The notes beneath the pieces are model-generated. The model did not search any database. It was given only the letters and a program-made list of their open reading frames with translations, and was not told the DNA's origin. A stretch of DNA of 64,000 nucleotides from NCBI RefSeq assembly GCF_006345805.1, contig NC_043003.1, positions 61,256,001 to 61,320,000 of the forward strand, read 5' to 3'. Source of the stretch: Octopus sinensis. Lineage: Eukaryota. Every line of letters starts with the position of its first letter. Position 1 is the stretch's first letter. Made by a program: the position numbers and the translations under genes. Shown here one piece after another: positions 1 through 11,732 of the stretch.

Positions 1-235
1 ATATATATATATAATCAATTTATAGGGTAGCAAAAAATTCAATAGAAATTTATCGCTACCAGCGGTCTAGTGGGAAAGAGAAAATAGTCAAAGACTATAT
101 ATATAAATTCAACAACAATTAAGGAATGGCCTTAATAGGCCATTAGGCCTACTAGAAGAAGCAGCCAGGACTCAAACCGCTAAGTAGTAGTAATTCAGAA
201 ATTAATGAAAATTTAAAAACATTTACCCTAATTCA

Positions 236-334
236 TCTTTAGACGATTCATCGTTTCGGTGTTTTTTATGGCAAAAACGCTTAATTAAATTAAATTAAGT
301 CAATCTACCAAAGGTTACCCCTCATCGGTAAAGA
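236..334 (-). ncRNA. Type I hammerhead ribozyme (CCGAUGA core variant, long loop II)
   Basis: Minus strand reads UCUUUA-CCGAUGA-GGGGU...ACACC-GAA-ACGA(UGAA)UCGU-C/UAAAGA. Stem I is 6 bp, stem II 5 bp with one mismatch, stem III 4 bp, and the cleavage triplet is GUC (C at 242). Confidence 0.75.
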
Positions 335-701
335 AACCAGGAGAGACGGATATACACGAGGCATCTGTATCAATGCCCTCGGAATATCTGCCCTAAAATT
401 TTCAAAACCATCGTATTCGCGCCAACTTATCAGCAGTAAATATAAACTGCTGATTCAATCTCAGAATTAGTCAGAAAGTCATCAATTAATCAATTTAGGG
501 TAGCAAAAAATTCAATAGAAATTTATCGCTACCAGCGGTCTAGTGGGAAAGAGAAAATAGTCAAAGACTATATATATAAATTCAACAACAATTAAGGAAT
601 GGCCTTAATAGGCCATTAGGCCCACTAGAAGAAGCAGCCAGGACTCAAACCGCTAAGTAGTAGTAATTCAGAAATTAAATGAAAATTTAAAAACATATAT
701 C

Positions 702-790
702 GGTTTCTTTACCGATGAGGTGTAACCTTTGGTAGATTGACTTAATTTAATTTAATTAAGCGTTTTTGCCATAAAAAACACCGAAACGAT
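702..790 (+). ncRNA. 3'-truncated sister copy of the hammerhead (lacks cleavage site)
   Basis: ggtttcttta-CCGATGA-GGTGT...ACACC-GAAACGAT runs directly into (AT)n. Stem II is a perfect 5 bp. The 3' half of stem III and the 3' strand of stem I are missing. Confidence 0.6.
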
Positions 791-855
791 ATATATATAT
801 AATATAATATATATATATATATATATATATAGTATATATATATATATAGATATAT

Positions 856-891
<36 letters not shown>

Positions 892-1155
892 ATATAATAT
901 ATATATTATATATATATATTAATAGATATATAATATAATATATATATATATATATTATATATATATATATATCATATTATATATATATATCAATATATAT
1001 ATATATATATATCACTATAATATATATTATATATATCATATTATATATATATCATATATATATATATATCATAATATATTCATATATATAATATATATAT
1101 ATATCATATATATATCATATATATATATATATCATAATATATATATATCATATAT

Positions 1156-1190
<35 letters not shown>
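791..1190. repeat. Degenerate (TA)n microsatellite
   Basis: Directly visible. Confidence 0.95.
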
Positions 1191-1479
1191 GGGGTGCCCC
1201 GCATGGCCACAGCTCATGAGCTGAAACTAGAATCAATCAATCAATCAATATATATATATAATATATATATTGTTACATTTCGGGATGGTAACTTATTTTT
1301 TTGACCAAATAAACACACGCACTATATATTCGTTCTTCACTCGTTTATTACTGTTCTTATTATATCTGATATCCATTGTCCGGAAATCTTTCTTCACACA
1401 TCTGTGACCTCTTCAGCGACCTTTTCGTCCACGTGTATTCCCCTGCTCCGCTTACACACAGACACACACACACAAATAT

Positions 1480-1480
1480 G

Positions 1481-1563
<83 letters not shown>
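1480..1563. repeat. (TAGA)n microsatellite
   Basis: Directly visible; explains ORF 1360-1671. Confidence 0.95.
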
Positions 1564-1581
1564 CTTATGTGTGTATGTAAA

Positions 1582-1800
1582 TGGGGATGCGTGGCTTAAG
1601 GTGTTGAACTCATTATCGTAAGATTGCGGTTTCCATTTCTGGGCAGGGCGATGCGCTGTTCTCTTGAGCAAATCACTTCATTTAACGTTGCTCCAGTCCA
1701 TTAGGCTAGCGAAAATGAGTAATCCTGCGACAGAATGGCATCCCACCCAGGAAGTATAGAATTTATACGCCAAAGAATCCGGTGAAATAGACCTCATGAG
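1582..1800 (+). mobile_element. Decayed tRNA-derived SINE with CORE-like centre (family C here)
   Basis: tRNA-like head followed by ...ctcttgagcaaatcacttcatttaacgttgctccagtcca... Related copies are at ~20070-20280 (-) and ~58392-58600 (+). Confidence 0.55.
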
Positions 1801-1851
1801 TCTATGTCTCAAGAAAGACCTTCGATCTTTTTTTTCCCCTTTGTGTATATA

Positions 1852-2073
1852 CGAGTGTGTGTTGAAAACTTCCTGGCTTTGGGTAAAAGAAAATACAGGA
1901 GAATCAGTTAATTATGATTTTATTTGACATATTCCCCTCTCAGATTCACACACTTATTGCAGCCGCCCTTCAGTTTTTCTAAGCCCTGTAAAAGAACTCG
2001 GAAGGTTGAGCCTCGAACCAGACCTTTCGTGATACCCTTAAGGCCAGGAACTTTTCAGCTGAGCACTTCCTCG
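1852..2073. mobile_element. Mariner-derived MITE
   Basis: Imperfect TIRs CGAG..GTTGAAAACTTCCTGGCTT / AAGGCCAGGAACTTTTCAGC..CTCG, flanked by TA on both sides (1850-1851, 2074-2075). Confidence 0.7.
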
Positions 2074-2456
2074 TATGTGTATATTTATGTAACCATGTGT
2101 ATGTGTATGCATGCGCACTTGCGTGTGTGTGTGTTGTGTGTGTCTGTGTGTGTGTAGGCTGACTTTAGCCGAATGCTTAAAAAAAGTTCTCCTCCTCGAA
2201 GTCGCGAGAGGACCCCACAGCATGGCATCTTGGGAAAATATCAAAATTCTATAGCCTCGAGGTGATCCATACTTTGCGAGTGAAATTCAGTTGGAATAAA
2301 TTGTGTAGAAAACCCATCCGGTGGATTGTACCCGTAAATCAACAAGTATACCTTTGTCACTCACGTTGTGTTCAGATGGTTGTGTTGAAGGTACTTTGGC
2401 TCTGAGTACCCAAATCATCCAAGCGGGTTGCATTGGAGGCAATCGCACTGAATGCG

Positions 2457-2611
2457 TCAGTGGAGGGGTTCTCGGTAGTCAAGATAAACTTGGATGCAGC
2501 CCAGCTTTCTCAGAGTGTAAGGAGTTACTAGCAGATACTTTTGCAGATATGGGGCTTTTCTGAATCTCTTCTGCTGTTCAGCAGCCCCGAGAAGTTTCTT
2601 CTGATCATCTA
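2457..2611 (-). CDS. Terminal coding exon of unrecognised minus-strand gene
   Basis: Strong acceptor tattttacttttttctcag| in phase 1, matching the donor at 8167. Encodes (V)DDQKKLLGAAEQQKRFRKAPYLQKYLLVTPYTLRKLGCIQVYLDYREPLH*. A possible AATAAA lies at 1924-1919. Confidence 0.6.
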
Positions 2612-2825
2612 CTGAGAAAAAAGTAAAATAGGATTTTCATTTGATGAAATAATCTGTTCAGCCACGGCTGGAATTAAACAGCAATTTCTTTGAGACCTCA
2701 ACTTCTACCAGGGTTGTAGGAGAGCCCGTCTTTATATACGGCATTAGATTAGCATTTGAAACGTTGTAGATTCTATGTCTTTCTTAGTTTAAAAACAGCG
2801 AATTTCTTTCATGAGGAGGAGGGGG

Positions 2826-2910
2826 AAGAAGAAGAAAGAAGAAGAAGAAGAAGAAAGAAGAAGAGAAGAAGAAGAAGAAGAAGAAGAAGAAGAAGAAGAA
2901 GAAGAAGAAG
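2826..2910. repeat. (GAA)n microsatellite
   Basis: Directly visible. Confidence 0.95.
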
Positions 2911-4177
2911 ATACTCTGGTACTGGGCTAGTACTTCCTTTTTATTGATAGTAGTGATGGTGGTTGAACTGCTGGTGGTTCTGGTGCTAGTGGTGGTGGTG
3001 GTGGTACTTGTAATGGTTCTAATGCTGGTAGTAGTGCTGGTGATGCTTCTGCTGATGAAACTGATAGTGCTTCGCTTTCATGATCACAAATACCACCAAA
3101 ACTGAAAAATATTTTCAATTGAAATTAAATCCTGATACTTATTCAACTTCCTCCGTGGCCGACTTTGCCTTTCATCGCTTTGTGTCCGATAAAACAAGAG
3201 TCAGTTAAGAACTGGGGTCGATGTAATCGACTCTCTTAATTAAATCAAAATTTCAGGTTTTGTACCTATAGTAAAAAAAAAGGATGATTAATTACTCAAT
3301 AGAATATATCCTAGTATTAATATATTCTTTGGGGGGGGGGGCAGTCGATGAGATCATCCGATTATATCGACCCCAGTACGCAACTGGTACTTAATTTATC
3401 GACGTCGAAAGAATGAAAGGTAAAATCGACCTCGGTGGAATTTGATCTCAGAAAGTAAAGATAGACGAAATACCTATTTCTTTACTACCCACAAGGGGCT
3501 AAACACAGAGGGGACAAACAAGGACAGACAAACGGATTATGTCGATTACATCGACCCAGTGCGTAACTGGTACTTAATTTATCGACCCCAAAAGGATGAA
3601 AGGCAAAGTCGACCTCGGCGGAATTTGAACTCAGAACGTAAGGGCAGACGAAATACAGCTACGCATTTCGCCCGGCGTGCTAACCTTTCTGCCAGCTCGC
3701 CGCCATCGTAGTATTACTATATTTATTTCTTTATTGCTCACAAGGGGCTAAACATAGAGGGGACAAACAAGAATAGACAAAAGGATTAAGTCGATTACAT
3801 AGACCCTAGTGCGTGATTGGTACTTATTTAATCGAGCCCGAAAGGATGAAAAGCAAAGTCGACCTCGGCGGAATTAGAACTCAGAACGCAGCGACAGACG
3901 AAATACCACAAAGCATTTCACCCGGCATGCTAACGTTTCTGCCAGCTCATCGCCTTCTGGTATTAATATATTACATGAATAATGGTTTCAAATCTAAATA
4001 CAAGTCCTGTTATTTTGAGGGTTGGGGCTATATCGATACCATCGACCTCAGTACTAATCTGGTACTTTATTTTATAGGCCCGTAAAGGATAAACGATAAA
4101 GAAAGCTGGCCCCGGTGGTATTAGGAACTCAGAATGTAAATAACTGTCGCAAATAATTACCGCTAAGCATTTTGTCC

Positions 4178-4560
4178 CCTACGGATGTGAAAACTGGAAA
4201 GCGACTAAAATCGAAAGTAAAATCAATGGACAACTTCCAATTTGCCCGCTTAAGGAGAATATTCGACATCGATAAGCTGCAAAGAGTCCGAAATGACACT
4301 ACTGAGACGACGACGGACATCGACTGGATCAGCGACGAAATAACACGCAGACAATGGTACTGGATTGGACACGTCCTCAGATGAAATTGAAGCGATCTGA
4401 GGGGAAAGGAGCAACAGGGTATCCTAAAACCACGTGGCGAAGGGTTAGTGACGAGGAAAGGAGATGAGGAGGGTGGGGAGACTGCAATAAGATCAGAACA
4501 GTGACAGAAAACAGAGGTGGTTGGAGATATATGTGCCTCATTGCACGAAGAGAATTAACC
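4178..4560 (+). mobile_element. 5'-truncated RTE-clade LINE inserted into a SINE, with 13-bp TSD
   Basis: Translation ...EITRRQWYWIGHVLR...GATGYPKTTWRRV matches the RTE ORF C-terminus. AAGCATTTTGTCC is duplicated at 4165-4177 and 4561-4573. Confidence 0.75.
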
Positions 4561-4594
4561 AAGCATTTTGTCCGCTCAGTCAATTCACCACCTA

Positions 4595-4968
4595 CTCTCT
4601 TTTACTTGTTTCAGTCATTTGACTGCGGCCATGCTGGAGCACCGCCTTTAGTCGAGCAAATCAACCCCAGGACTTATCCTTTGGAAGCCTAGTACTTATT
4701 TTACCGGTCTCTTTTGCCGAACCGCTAAGTTACGGGGACGTAAACACACCAGCATCGGTTGTGAAGCGACAACACACACACACATATATACATATACATA
4801 TATACGACGGGCTTCTTTCAGTTTCCGTCTACTAAATCCACTCACAAGGCTTTGGTCGACCCGAAGCTATAGTAGAAGACACTTGCCCAAGGTACCACGC
4901 AGTGGGACTGAACCCGGAACCATGTGTTTGACAAGCAAGCTACTTACCACACAGCCATTCCTGCGCCT
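4595..4968 (-). mobile_element. tRNA-derived SINE (family A here), full length
   Basis: Head aggcgcagga.tggctgtgtggtaagtagc..., internal (TA/TG) tract, tail ...gctccagcatggccgcagtcaaatgactgaaacaagtaaaag. Near-identical to the other copies listed. Confidence 0.9.
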
Positions 4969-6672
4969 ATAGCAGTTTCTAATGTAAGAAGGAGTGAGAT
5001 TTGAAAGGCGGGAATGATAACCATGAAAAGATGAAAGGCAAAGCTGACCTTAGAAGGGTTTGATCACAGGAAGTGAATTGCAAAGCATTTGCCCGACGCT
5101 CAAACGATTGTGCCAAAAATTAATTCTAATTTTGGCACAAGGGCAGCAATTTTCAGAAAAGGGAATAGATTGCTGTTATCGACCCCAGTACTTGACTGGT
5201 ACTTTATTTTATCGAATTTGAAAAGATAAAGATCAAATCGGCCTCGGCAAGATCTAATCTTAGAACATAAGGAAATAGAAGTGCCCACGCTCAAACGATT
5301 CTGACAGCTTGTGTTTTTTACTGTAAAATAGTAATGGTATCAAATTTGGATACGAGGACAGTAATTTGTGGGGAGGGCGCTAGTTGATTACATCGATCCC
5401 AGTGTTCAACTGGTATTTATTTTTTCGACCCCAAAAGGATGAAAGGCAAAGTCGACCTCGGCGGAATTTGAACCCAGAGTGTAAAGACGTACGAAATGCC
5501 GCTAAGCATTTCCTCATCCTGCTAACGATTCTGCCAGCTCGGCGTCTTGCTGTCAAGTATCAATCCTTTTTTCTAGAGGCACAAAGCCTGAAATTTTGTG
5601 GGAGGGGGCTAGTCGATTACATCACCCCCAGTACTCAACTGGTTCTTATTTAATCGGATGAAAAGATGAAAGCCAATTCAGCAGAATTTGAACTCATAAC
5701 GTAAAGGCAAAGAAATACCGCTAAGAATTTTCTCGGCATGCTGTCATGTAATAATAACAATTACCTAGATAAATACAAAACCTTTTAACACTTGCTGTAA
5801 CTGACCTTATGAAAAGTGAAACGCAAACTGACCTCCGCGAAACTTGAATACAGAATGTCAAAGGTCGTAACTTCAAGCAAGGCACTTTGTAATAAAAACG
5901 TCATTTTGATGTTGTTTACCGTTCTTGATTAAATGCTGGGTTTGGAGAACATGGTGCTTATTTCTTTACCTGATAAAGGATGGGAAAATAATAAAAACAA
6001 AATAGCTTGTCTTCATTGTACAATATACGAGAGATTTATGAAAAGTCTTGAGCCTAAAACAAAAATACATAGTACAAGACTTCTGATGAAGGTACCAGAC
6101 TTCAAGGCTCAAAGGCCTTGAAGGCTCAAAACTTTTCATACTTCCTTTGTAGCATACTGCGGACTGCATTGAAACCACATTTCATAGAAAGTTTGAATTT
6201 CAAGACATTATCTTTATTTTATTAGTCTGTTAATTAATAACGGACTCCCTTAAACAATTCTTGTTATCAGACGCACAGAAATGGGATCTTTTATCCTGTA
6301 AGGAATATTTAGGCAAAACAAGTCTTTAAATCTTGTTTCAAAACCTTTCAATTTTTGTAGATATACACAGTGTATCCTCAGTTTTTAATATTTATCCTTT
6401 ACTTGGATGATTCATTGGACTGCAGCAATGCTGCGAGGCCACCGCGAAGGGCTTTAGTTACCTTTAGGCTTGGTACGAACTCTATCATCCACGTTAGCCA
6501 ACGGCTAAGTTACAGAAACGTAAACAAACTAAAACCGTTTGTCAAGCGGTGATGGGGACGAACAAACAAACAAACAAACACCCACACAAACACACACACA
6601 AACACACAAACATACGCACACACCTACACACACACTACATACATACATTCTTTTATTCTTTTACTCTTTTTA

Positions 6673-6706
<34 letters not shown>

Positions 6707-6857
6707 TACACATACACACACGCACGCACACACACGCACACACACACACACACGCACACACTCCCCTCCAATCGTTTGTGATGTTCCATATGTAGATATT
6801 AGTTATTGTAACTTGTATGAATCAATGAGCCAAGATTAGATTTTTTTAATATACAGA

Positions 6858-7143
6858 GTGGATTTGGTAGACGGAAAGCTGGAAGAAGCCCGTCGTATAT
6901 ATATAAATATATATATATGTGTGTGTGTGTGTGTGCGTGCGTATTTATCCCACGTCATCGCTTGACAACTGATGCAGGTGAGTTTATGTCTTCGTTGCTT
7001 AGCGGTTTGGCATAAGAGGCCGATAGAATAAGTTCTAGGTTTAGCTTACAAAGAATAAGTCCTGGGATCGATTTCTTCGACTAAAACCCTTTAAGGCAGC
7101 ACTCCAGCATGGCCGCACTCAAATGACTGAAACAAGAAAATAA
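6858..7143 (+). mobile_element. SINE family A, 5'-truncated
   Basis: Same body and tail as 4595-4968. Confidence 0.85.
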
Positions 7144-8166
7144 ATGTGGAATATTTCACATGTATCGCCATCTTTTACTTCTGTAATACACTAAATATAT
7201 CTCTCCGAATGCTTTCTACCTAAATACTCAACTTGATAAAATATTTTAACAAAAAAAAAAAAAAAAACAGGTCACCAATATTTGAACTTAGATCGATAAA
7301 CCTATACTGCGAGTAGTTTATATATCAGCGAAATTTGTTTTCTCTACGTATTTTGTCAAATTAGCAAAACTACTCGAATAATGCTCATCATTTTCTCCGT
7401 TTACTTATAATAATAAAAATCAAAATTTTTTAGCAAAAGTTTTTCGTATCACCATTATGATGAAAAGATATAAAACTGCTAGTCCTTAATGCTTATATTA
7501 AAGTTTTTGTTAAAATATTTTCAAATAAGTAAAAATTGAAGTTTTAACAATTTTACTTAAAATGGATACGTAGTTTAAAGTAAGCTCTATGTCGAAAGAA
7601 CGGCAATGTGTGTTTGAGTGTGTGTGTATGTATGTGTGTGTGTGTTTGTGTGTGTGTGTGTGAGTGTGTGTGTGTGTGTTTGTGTGTGTGTGTATGTGTG
7701 TGTGTATGTGTGTGTGGGGGGGGGGTGCGTGTTTGTGTTTTCATGAAAGCAGGAGATATTTATTTGTATGCTCTTCCATAGCAAAAATTTCCTACTGTTA
7801 AAATTATTCAAAATGCGCACCGGTCCTCCACTGAAGTAAAAAAAAAAGAAATTAAAACAGAAAAATAACTTCTTTTTCCCTCTTTGTTGCCAAAATAAGA
7901 AAATAATTAAGGTCGAAATTTTTCTATCTCAATAACGGTTTTATTTTGGGAAATATGGCGTCGAGTATTTTTAAAAGAAACCAAAAGATAGGACATTGCT
8001 TCACTTAGACATGAAAAAAAAATACTATTTTCGTTTTGATTGGCCTGTGTCATTATCGATTTACGAAGGTAAAAAATCAAGATTATTCTCTTCGAAACTC
8101 TGACTGATGAGCCAAAGTATTCGAAAATTGCGTGGGAATAAACTTGGCTTTAAAATCTTTACTTAC

Positions 8167-8528
8167 CCCGTTTGTGGTGATTTTTCTCCCTTGTCGCTAC
8201 CGTCTGAGTGCATGTGAGAAAAACAAACGTGCTTTTGACAAAAGGAATGGTTGAAGAAGCAAAATGAATAGTACACACCCAAAGTGTGGATGAATAATTA
8301 TTATTGTCAGAAATTCCGGTTTTAAAATACTTGATTCCATATCTGGATTTTTCCAAATCTTCATCATTTTGTGCTACGTAGTAGTTCACTGACTGGTAGC
8401 TAAAAGGGTCAGCCATTCTTCTGAAGAGTGAACTTTCTATTTTTATCCAAAGTGGTGACGTGATGTCTGTGATTCTAGAAAACAAGGATAGGCCCAAACA
8501 TTGAAAATTTGCTTCCTGGAATGACATG
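8167..8528 (-). CDS. Internal coding exon (362 nt) of unrecognised minus-strand gene
   Basis: Acceptor tgtcttttag|C (phase 2) and donor CGGG|gtaagt (phase 1). The exon has 120 open codons in AT-rich DNA (MSFQEANFQCLGLSLFSRITDITSPLWIKIESSLFRRMADPFSY...REKNHHKR), and the other two frames are closed. Confidence 0.7.
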
Positions 8529-9099
8529 CTAAAAGACAATGATCGAAATAACATTCGGTTACTTTACATACATACCCAATATCATACAACGTATTTTGTG
8601 ACATAGCTATTTAATCGCATTATAAACAATGCGTGTTGAAATAAAAGTCACCTCTCCAGGATAGACAGATTTCTTATGCTAGCGTTCCAAGACCATTAGA
8701 GCCGAAGATGTCAGGTCTGCACCGAAGGTCATTATGTCTCGATGCATTGAATGGACCCTTATATTAATAACACTGGCGCATCCATACTTTTTTAAACAGA
8801 ACTTTTTCAAAAGAAAAAAAAATTAAAATTATTAAAAGATAATCAAATTTGGCTGTATAGTCTGGCATCTTCCAACCAATTTTTGCTTCATTGATGCTAA
8901 TATATAAATTTTATCATGGCTCCCTTAGGCCTCTAAATCTCATTCCATAATATAATTTTGCTCACTACTCATCATAATTCCAAACATCCTTTTAAGGGAT
9001 GGTACAGATCTCATTGAGGAACGCTGATGCAGATGATTATTAAATCTTAAATTAACTTGTACATATCCAGGAAAATTAAAGGGCTTTTTAAGTTTTATT

Positions 9100-10170
9100 T
9101 TTTATTGTTTTTTCTTATTTTTTTTATCATTGAAATTTCTTTCAAATTTTAAATATCTAAATAAAGACGTCATGATGGCGGATGAATAGGGACTGACACG
9201 GAATTGCCAGCAATGAGGAGCACCTCCGGGACCACCAACCTGGAATGACCTCAGCCCCATCAAACAAAAGCATGAAATAAGCAAGCAAGCGCCAAACCAA
9301 CAAACCCTGCCTCCATAAAACAAAAAGGTTAAAATTTCTACATATTACTCAAATTGCTTATAAAGCAAAGTCCCCTAGAGAGAAATATAGTGACCAACAA
9401 TAGTTATGCATACCCAATTCCTTTTGTGAAAATCAAAGCACAAAATGAACAAATTTCTATACAAAGAACGCCATAATATGCTTAACTAATAACCTCCACC
9501 TTTCAAATACAAACAGGAAATGTCCTAAATAACATCAACAAGTAAAGAAACTTATTGGTCAACTAAAACATACCGTCTACTTACATTCTTTTGTGAACCT
9601 TTAAAATTTTCATTCCAAAATGTTGTCACACCTAATTACTAAAATTTTAAATGGTAGACTAAATTATGAACTTTGACATTCGTATTGCCAAACCAAATGA
9701 TTAAATCCAATAAAGGCAGAAGTAATTAAAACTAATGACTTATCTGATGACCAAAAAACTTCCTCTTCCTACCTACAGCTATTTTGTAAACCACTCAATC
9801 CCATGACCTGAATCTGACACAGCTAAATGTACAAACTTGTCTACAAAGTTCTACACGCATGAATACATTCAGGACAATAACATAACAGCAAAGTTAATCA
9901 ACAAAATGTTTTCATCTCTCCATCACAACCAACCCTACAACCTAATTACCATTCTCCTGAACACTTCAAAACCCTTTAAAAAATATCCCAGAACAGACTA
10001 TATATGAAGCCAAGATTAATTTACTGAATCACGGCCCGATAATGGGTTAGCTAGCCGAAACTTCGAAATCACTGTCAATACTATTCTTGTTAAATAATAT
10101 TAAATTTTTACTTTATAAATGTGGAGTAGTCTTCAGACTAATGTAAAAGTTGTTTTATTATAACAACATA
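9100..10170 (+). mobile_element. Heavily decayed PLE-like remnant
   Basis: C/A-rich strand skew typical of PLE ORFs. It ends in a degenerate HHR-like motif (ccgataatgggttagctagccgaaacttcgaaatc, ~10036-10070) before (CA)/(TA) repeats. No clean ORF. Confidence 0.35.
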
Positions 10171-10177
10171 AAAAGCA

Positions 10178-10268
<91 letters not shown>

Positions 10269-10400
10269 ATATGGGGATTTAGTTTACAGGTGATCTAACG
10301 ACCAGGTATGAAAGGTAAGTGCAGTAACGGATTACTAGGGATCCAGGGTTATAGCCAAAACGGTAGTTATGGAGCCATTGCCGATTTCCGATATAGCAGA

Positions 10401-11701
10401 TATATAATTGTTAAAGAGGACAACAAACGTTAAGGCAAGACAAACATCTCAAGTCATATAAATTATTATTATTGGAAAAATATAAAGTTTTACAGCTGTT
10501 TCTGGGATATTCCGTCATCAGAGACAAATAAAGAAAATGAGAAGGGTATAGATTACTGAAATGACGACATAGAGGGCAGAAGAAAAGGAATAAGGAGATG
10601 AAGAAAGAGAAGAAGAAAGAAGCATAAAAGTTCACAGTTCAACTTTCTGATCGCGTAGAAGTAAGTCCGTAAATCCTTCGGTGTAATCCTCTGTAAATCC
10701 ATGTAGGCTAAATTCCCAATAGTGTAAATATTCAGGAATAGACGCGAAGATATCAACGTGTAATAACAGAATGGTAGCGGAGGTGGGTATTAAGTGGTAT
10801 AGAGAAAGAAAAACAAATAGAAAGAGAAGTAGAGAGAGTGAGGGAGGAAATTAAGAATTGGCGTTAAGAGTAAAACAAGGTATACAAGGATTATAATGTA
10901 TAAGAATATAGTGTACAAAAATAACCAAGACTGCCGAACTACAAGCTCATTGGGGAAGATTCAACGTCGTATACCAATGCATCGTTAACAACATAGTAAA
11001 TAACCCCAATAGCTACTACATTGGATCTACCACAATTTCTAAGCAAAGATATTATACATATTTAAGCTCGTTTAAATATAAAGAAAATAGTAATTCCACA
11101 TCAATAGCCAGGCACGTACACCATCTAATTAATAGAAAAATACAATATAGTCTTTCCTGGACTATAATAGATTCTGGTATCCCATATCAAGCCCAGTACT
11201 CCACTTGTGGACTCCGCTTAAAAGAAGCCCTCAAAATTTTGACCTATAACTCACCCGTAACTGCTTAACAAACACAACGAAGCCTTCACAACATGCAAAC
11301 ACAAATTCTTCCACACTTTTAAATTCTTTCATAAATCCAAATGTAGACTCACCCCCTCGAGTAACACTCACATACAAACAAACCTCCATGAACGTTAGCA
11401 CACACCGAAGGATTTACGGACTTATTTCTACACGATCGGAAAGTTGAACTGTGAACTTTTGTGCTTCTTTCTTCTTTTCTTTCTTCATCTCCTTATTCCT
11501 TTTCTCTTGCCCTCTATGTCATCATTTCATTAATCTATACCCTTTTCATTTTCCTTATTTCTCTCCGATGACAGAACATCCCATACTCTGCGACATACCA
11601 GAAACAGCTGCAAGCCTTTGTATTTTTTTCCAATGATAATAATAATTTATATGACTTGAGATGTTTGCCTAGCCTTAACGTTTGTTGTCCTCTTTAACAA
11701 T

Positions 11702-11705
<4 letters not shown>
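10401..11705 (+). mobile_element. Penelope-like element: inverted pLTR + GIY-YIG 3' fragment + pLTR
   Basis: 10401-10684 is the reverse complement of 11402-11705, with divergence. The arms enclose an endonuclease fragment and each carries an HHR-like motif (10491-10521 minus; 11565-11612 plus). Confidence 0.85.
10963..11340 (+). pseudogene. GIY-YIG endonuclease domain of a PLE (C-terminal, Neptune/Nematis-like), frameshifted
   Basis: NVVYQCIV...YYIGSTT..KQRY..SSF...NSTSIARHV...SWTII...TCGLRLKEALKIL, then after a frameshift LLNKHNEAFTTCKHK. There is no ATG, so it is absent from the ORF track. Confidence 0.8.

Positions 11706-11732
<27 letters not shown>

Larger units (their letters stand above)
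14..790. mobile_element. Penelope-like element pseudo-LTR cluster: direct repeat plus inverted partial copy
   Basis: 14-221 is repeated directly at ~487-695. 250-338 is repeated in inverted orientation at ~702-790. Both ends abut (TA)n and the unit contains an HHR motif. This tandem/inverted pLTR layout is typical of PLE insertions. Confidence 0.75.
3140..5900. mobile_element. Dense cluster of tRNA-derived SINEs (family B here), mostly minus strand
   Basis: About ten copies or fragments share ...gtcgattacatcgaccccagt...gaaaggatgaaaggcaaagtcgacctcggcggaatttgaactcag. The best copies are 3476-3708 and 3728-3957. The reverse strand shows an A box (TGGCAGAAA.GTTAG) and B box (GAGTTCAAATTCC). Confidence 0.85.

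Noticed and set aside
2927-3118. Pro/Ala-rich ORF (EALSVSSAEASPALLPALEPLQVPPPPP)
   Set aside because: Degenerate (GGT/AGT/GCT)n low-complexity tract with no splice-phase link to the candidate gene.
3640-3708. tRNA-like A/B boxes in SINE heads (many copies)
   Set aside because: No cloverleaf or acceptor stem, and always attached to SINE bodies, so these are not tRNA genes.
6080-6140. CTGATGAAGG...CTCAAAAC
   Set aside because: Lacks GAAA, stem III and stem I.
8085-8150. CTGATGAG...GAAA motif
   Set aside because: The sequence folds as a simple hairpin (GCCAA/TTGGC) with no valid stem III or NUH, so it is not a hammerhead.
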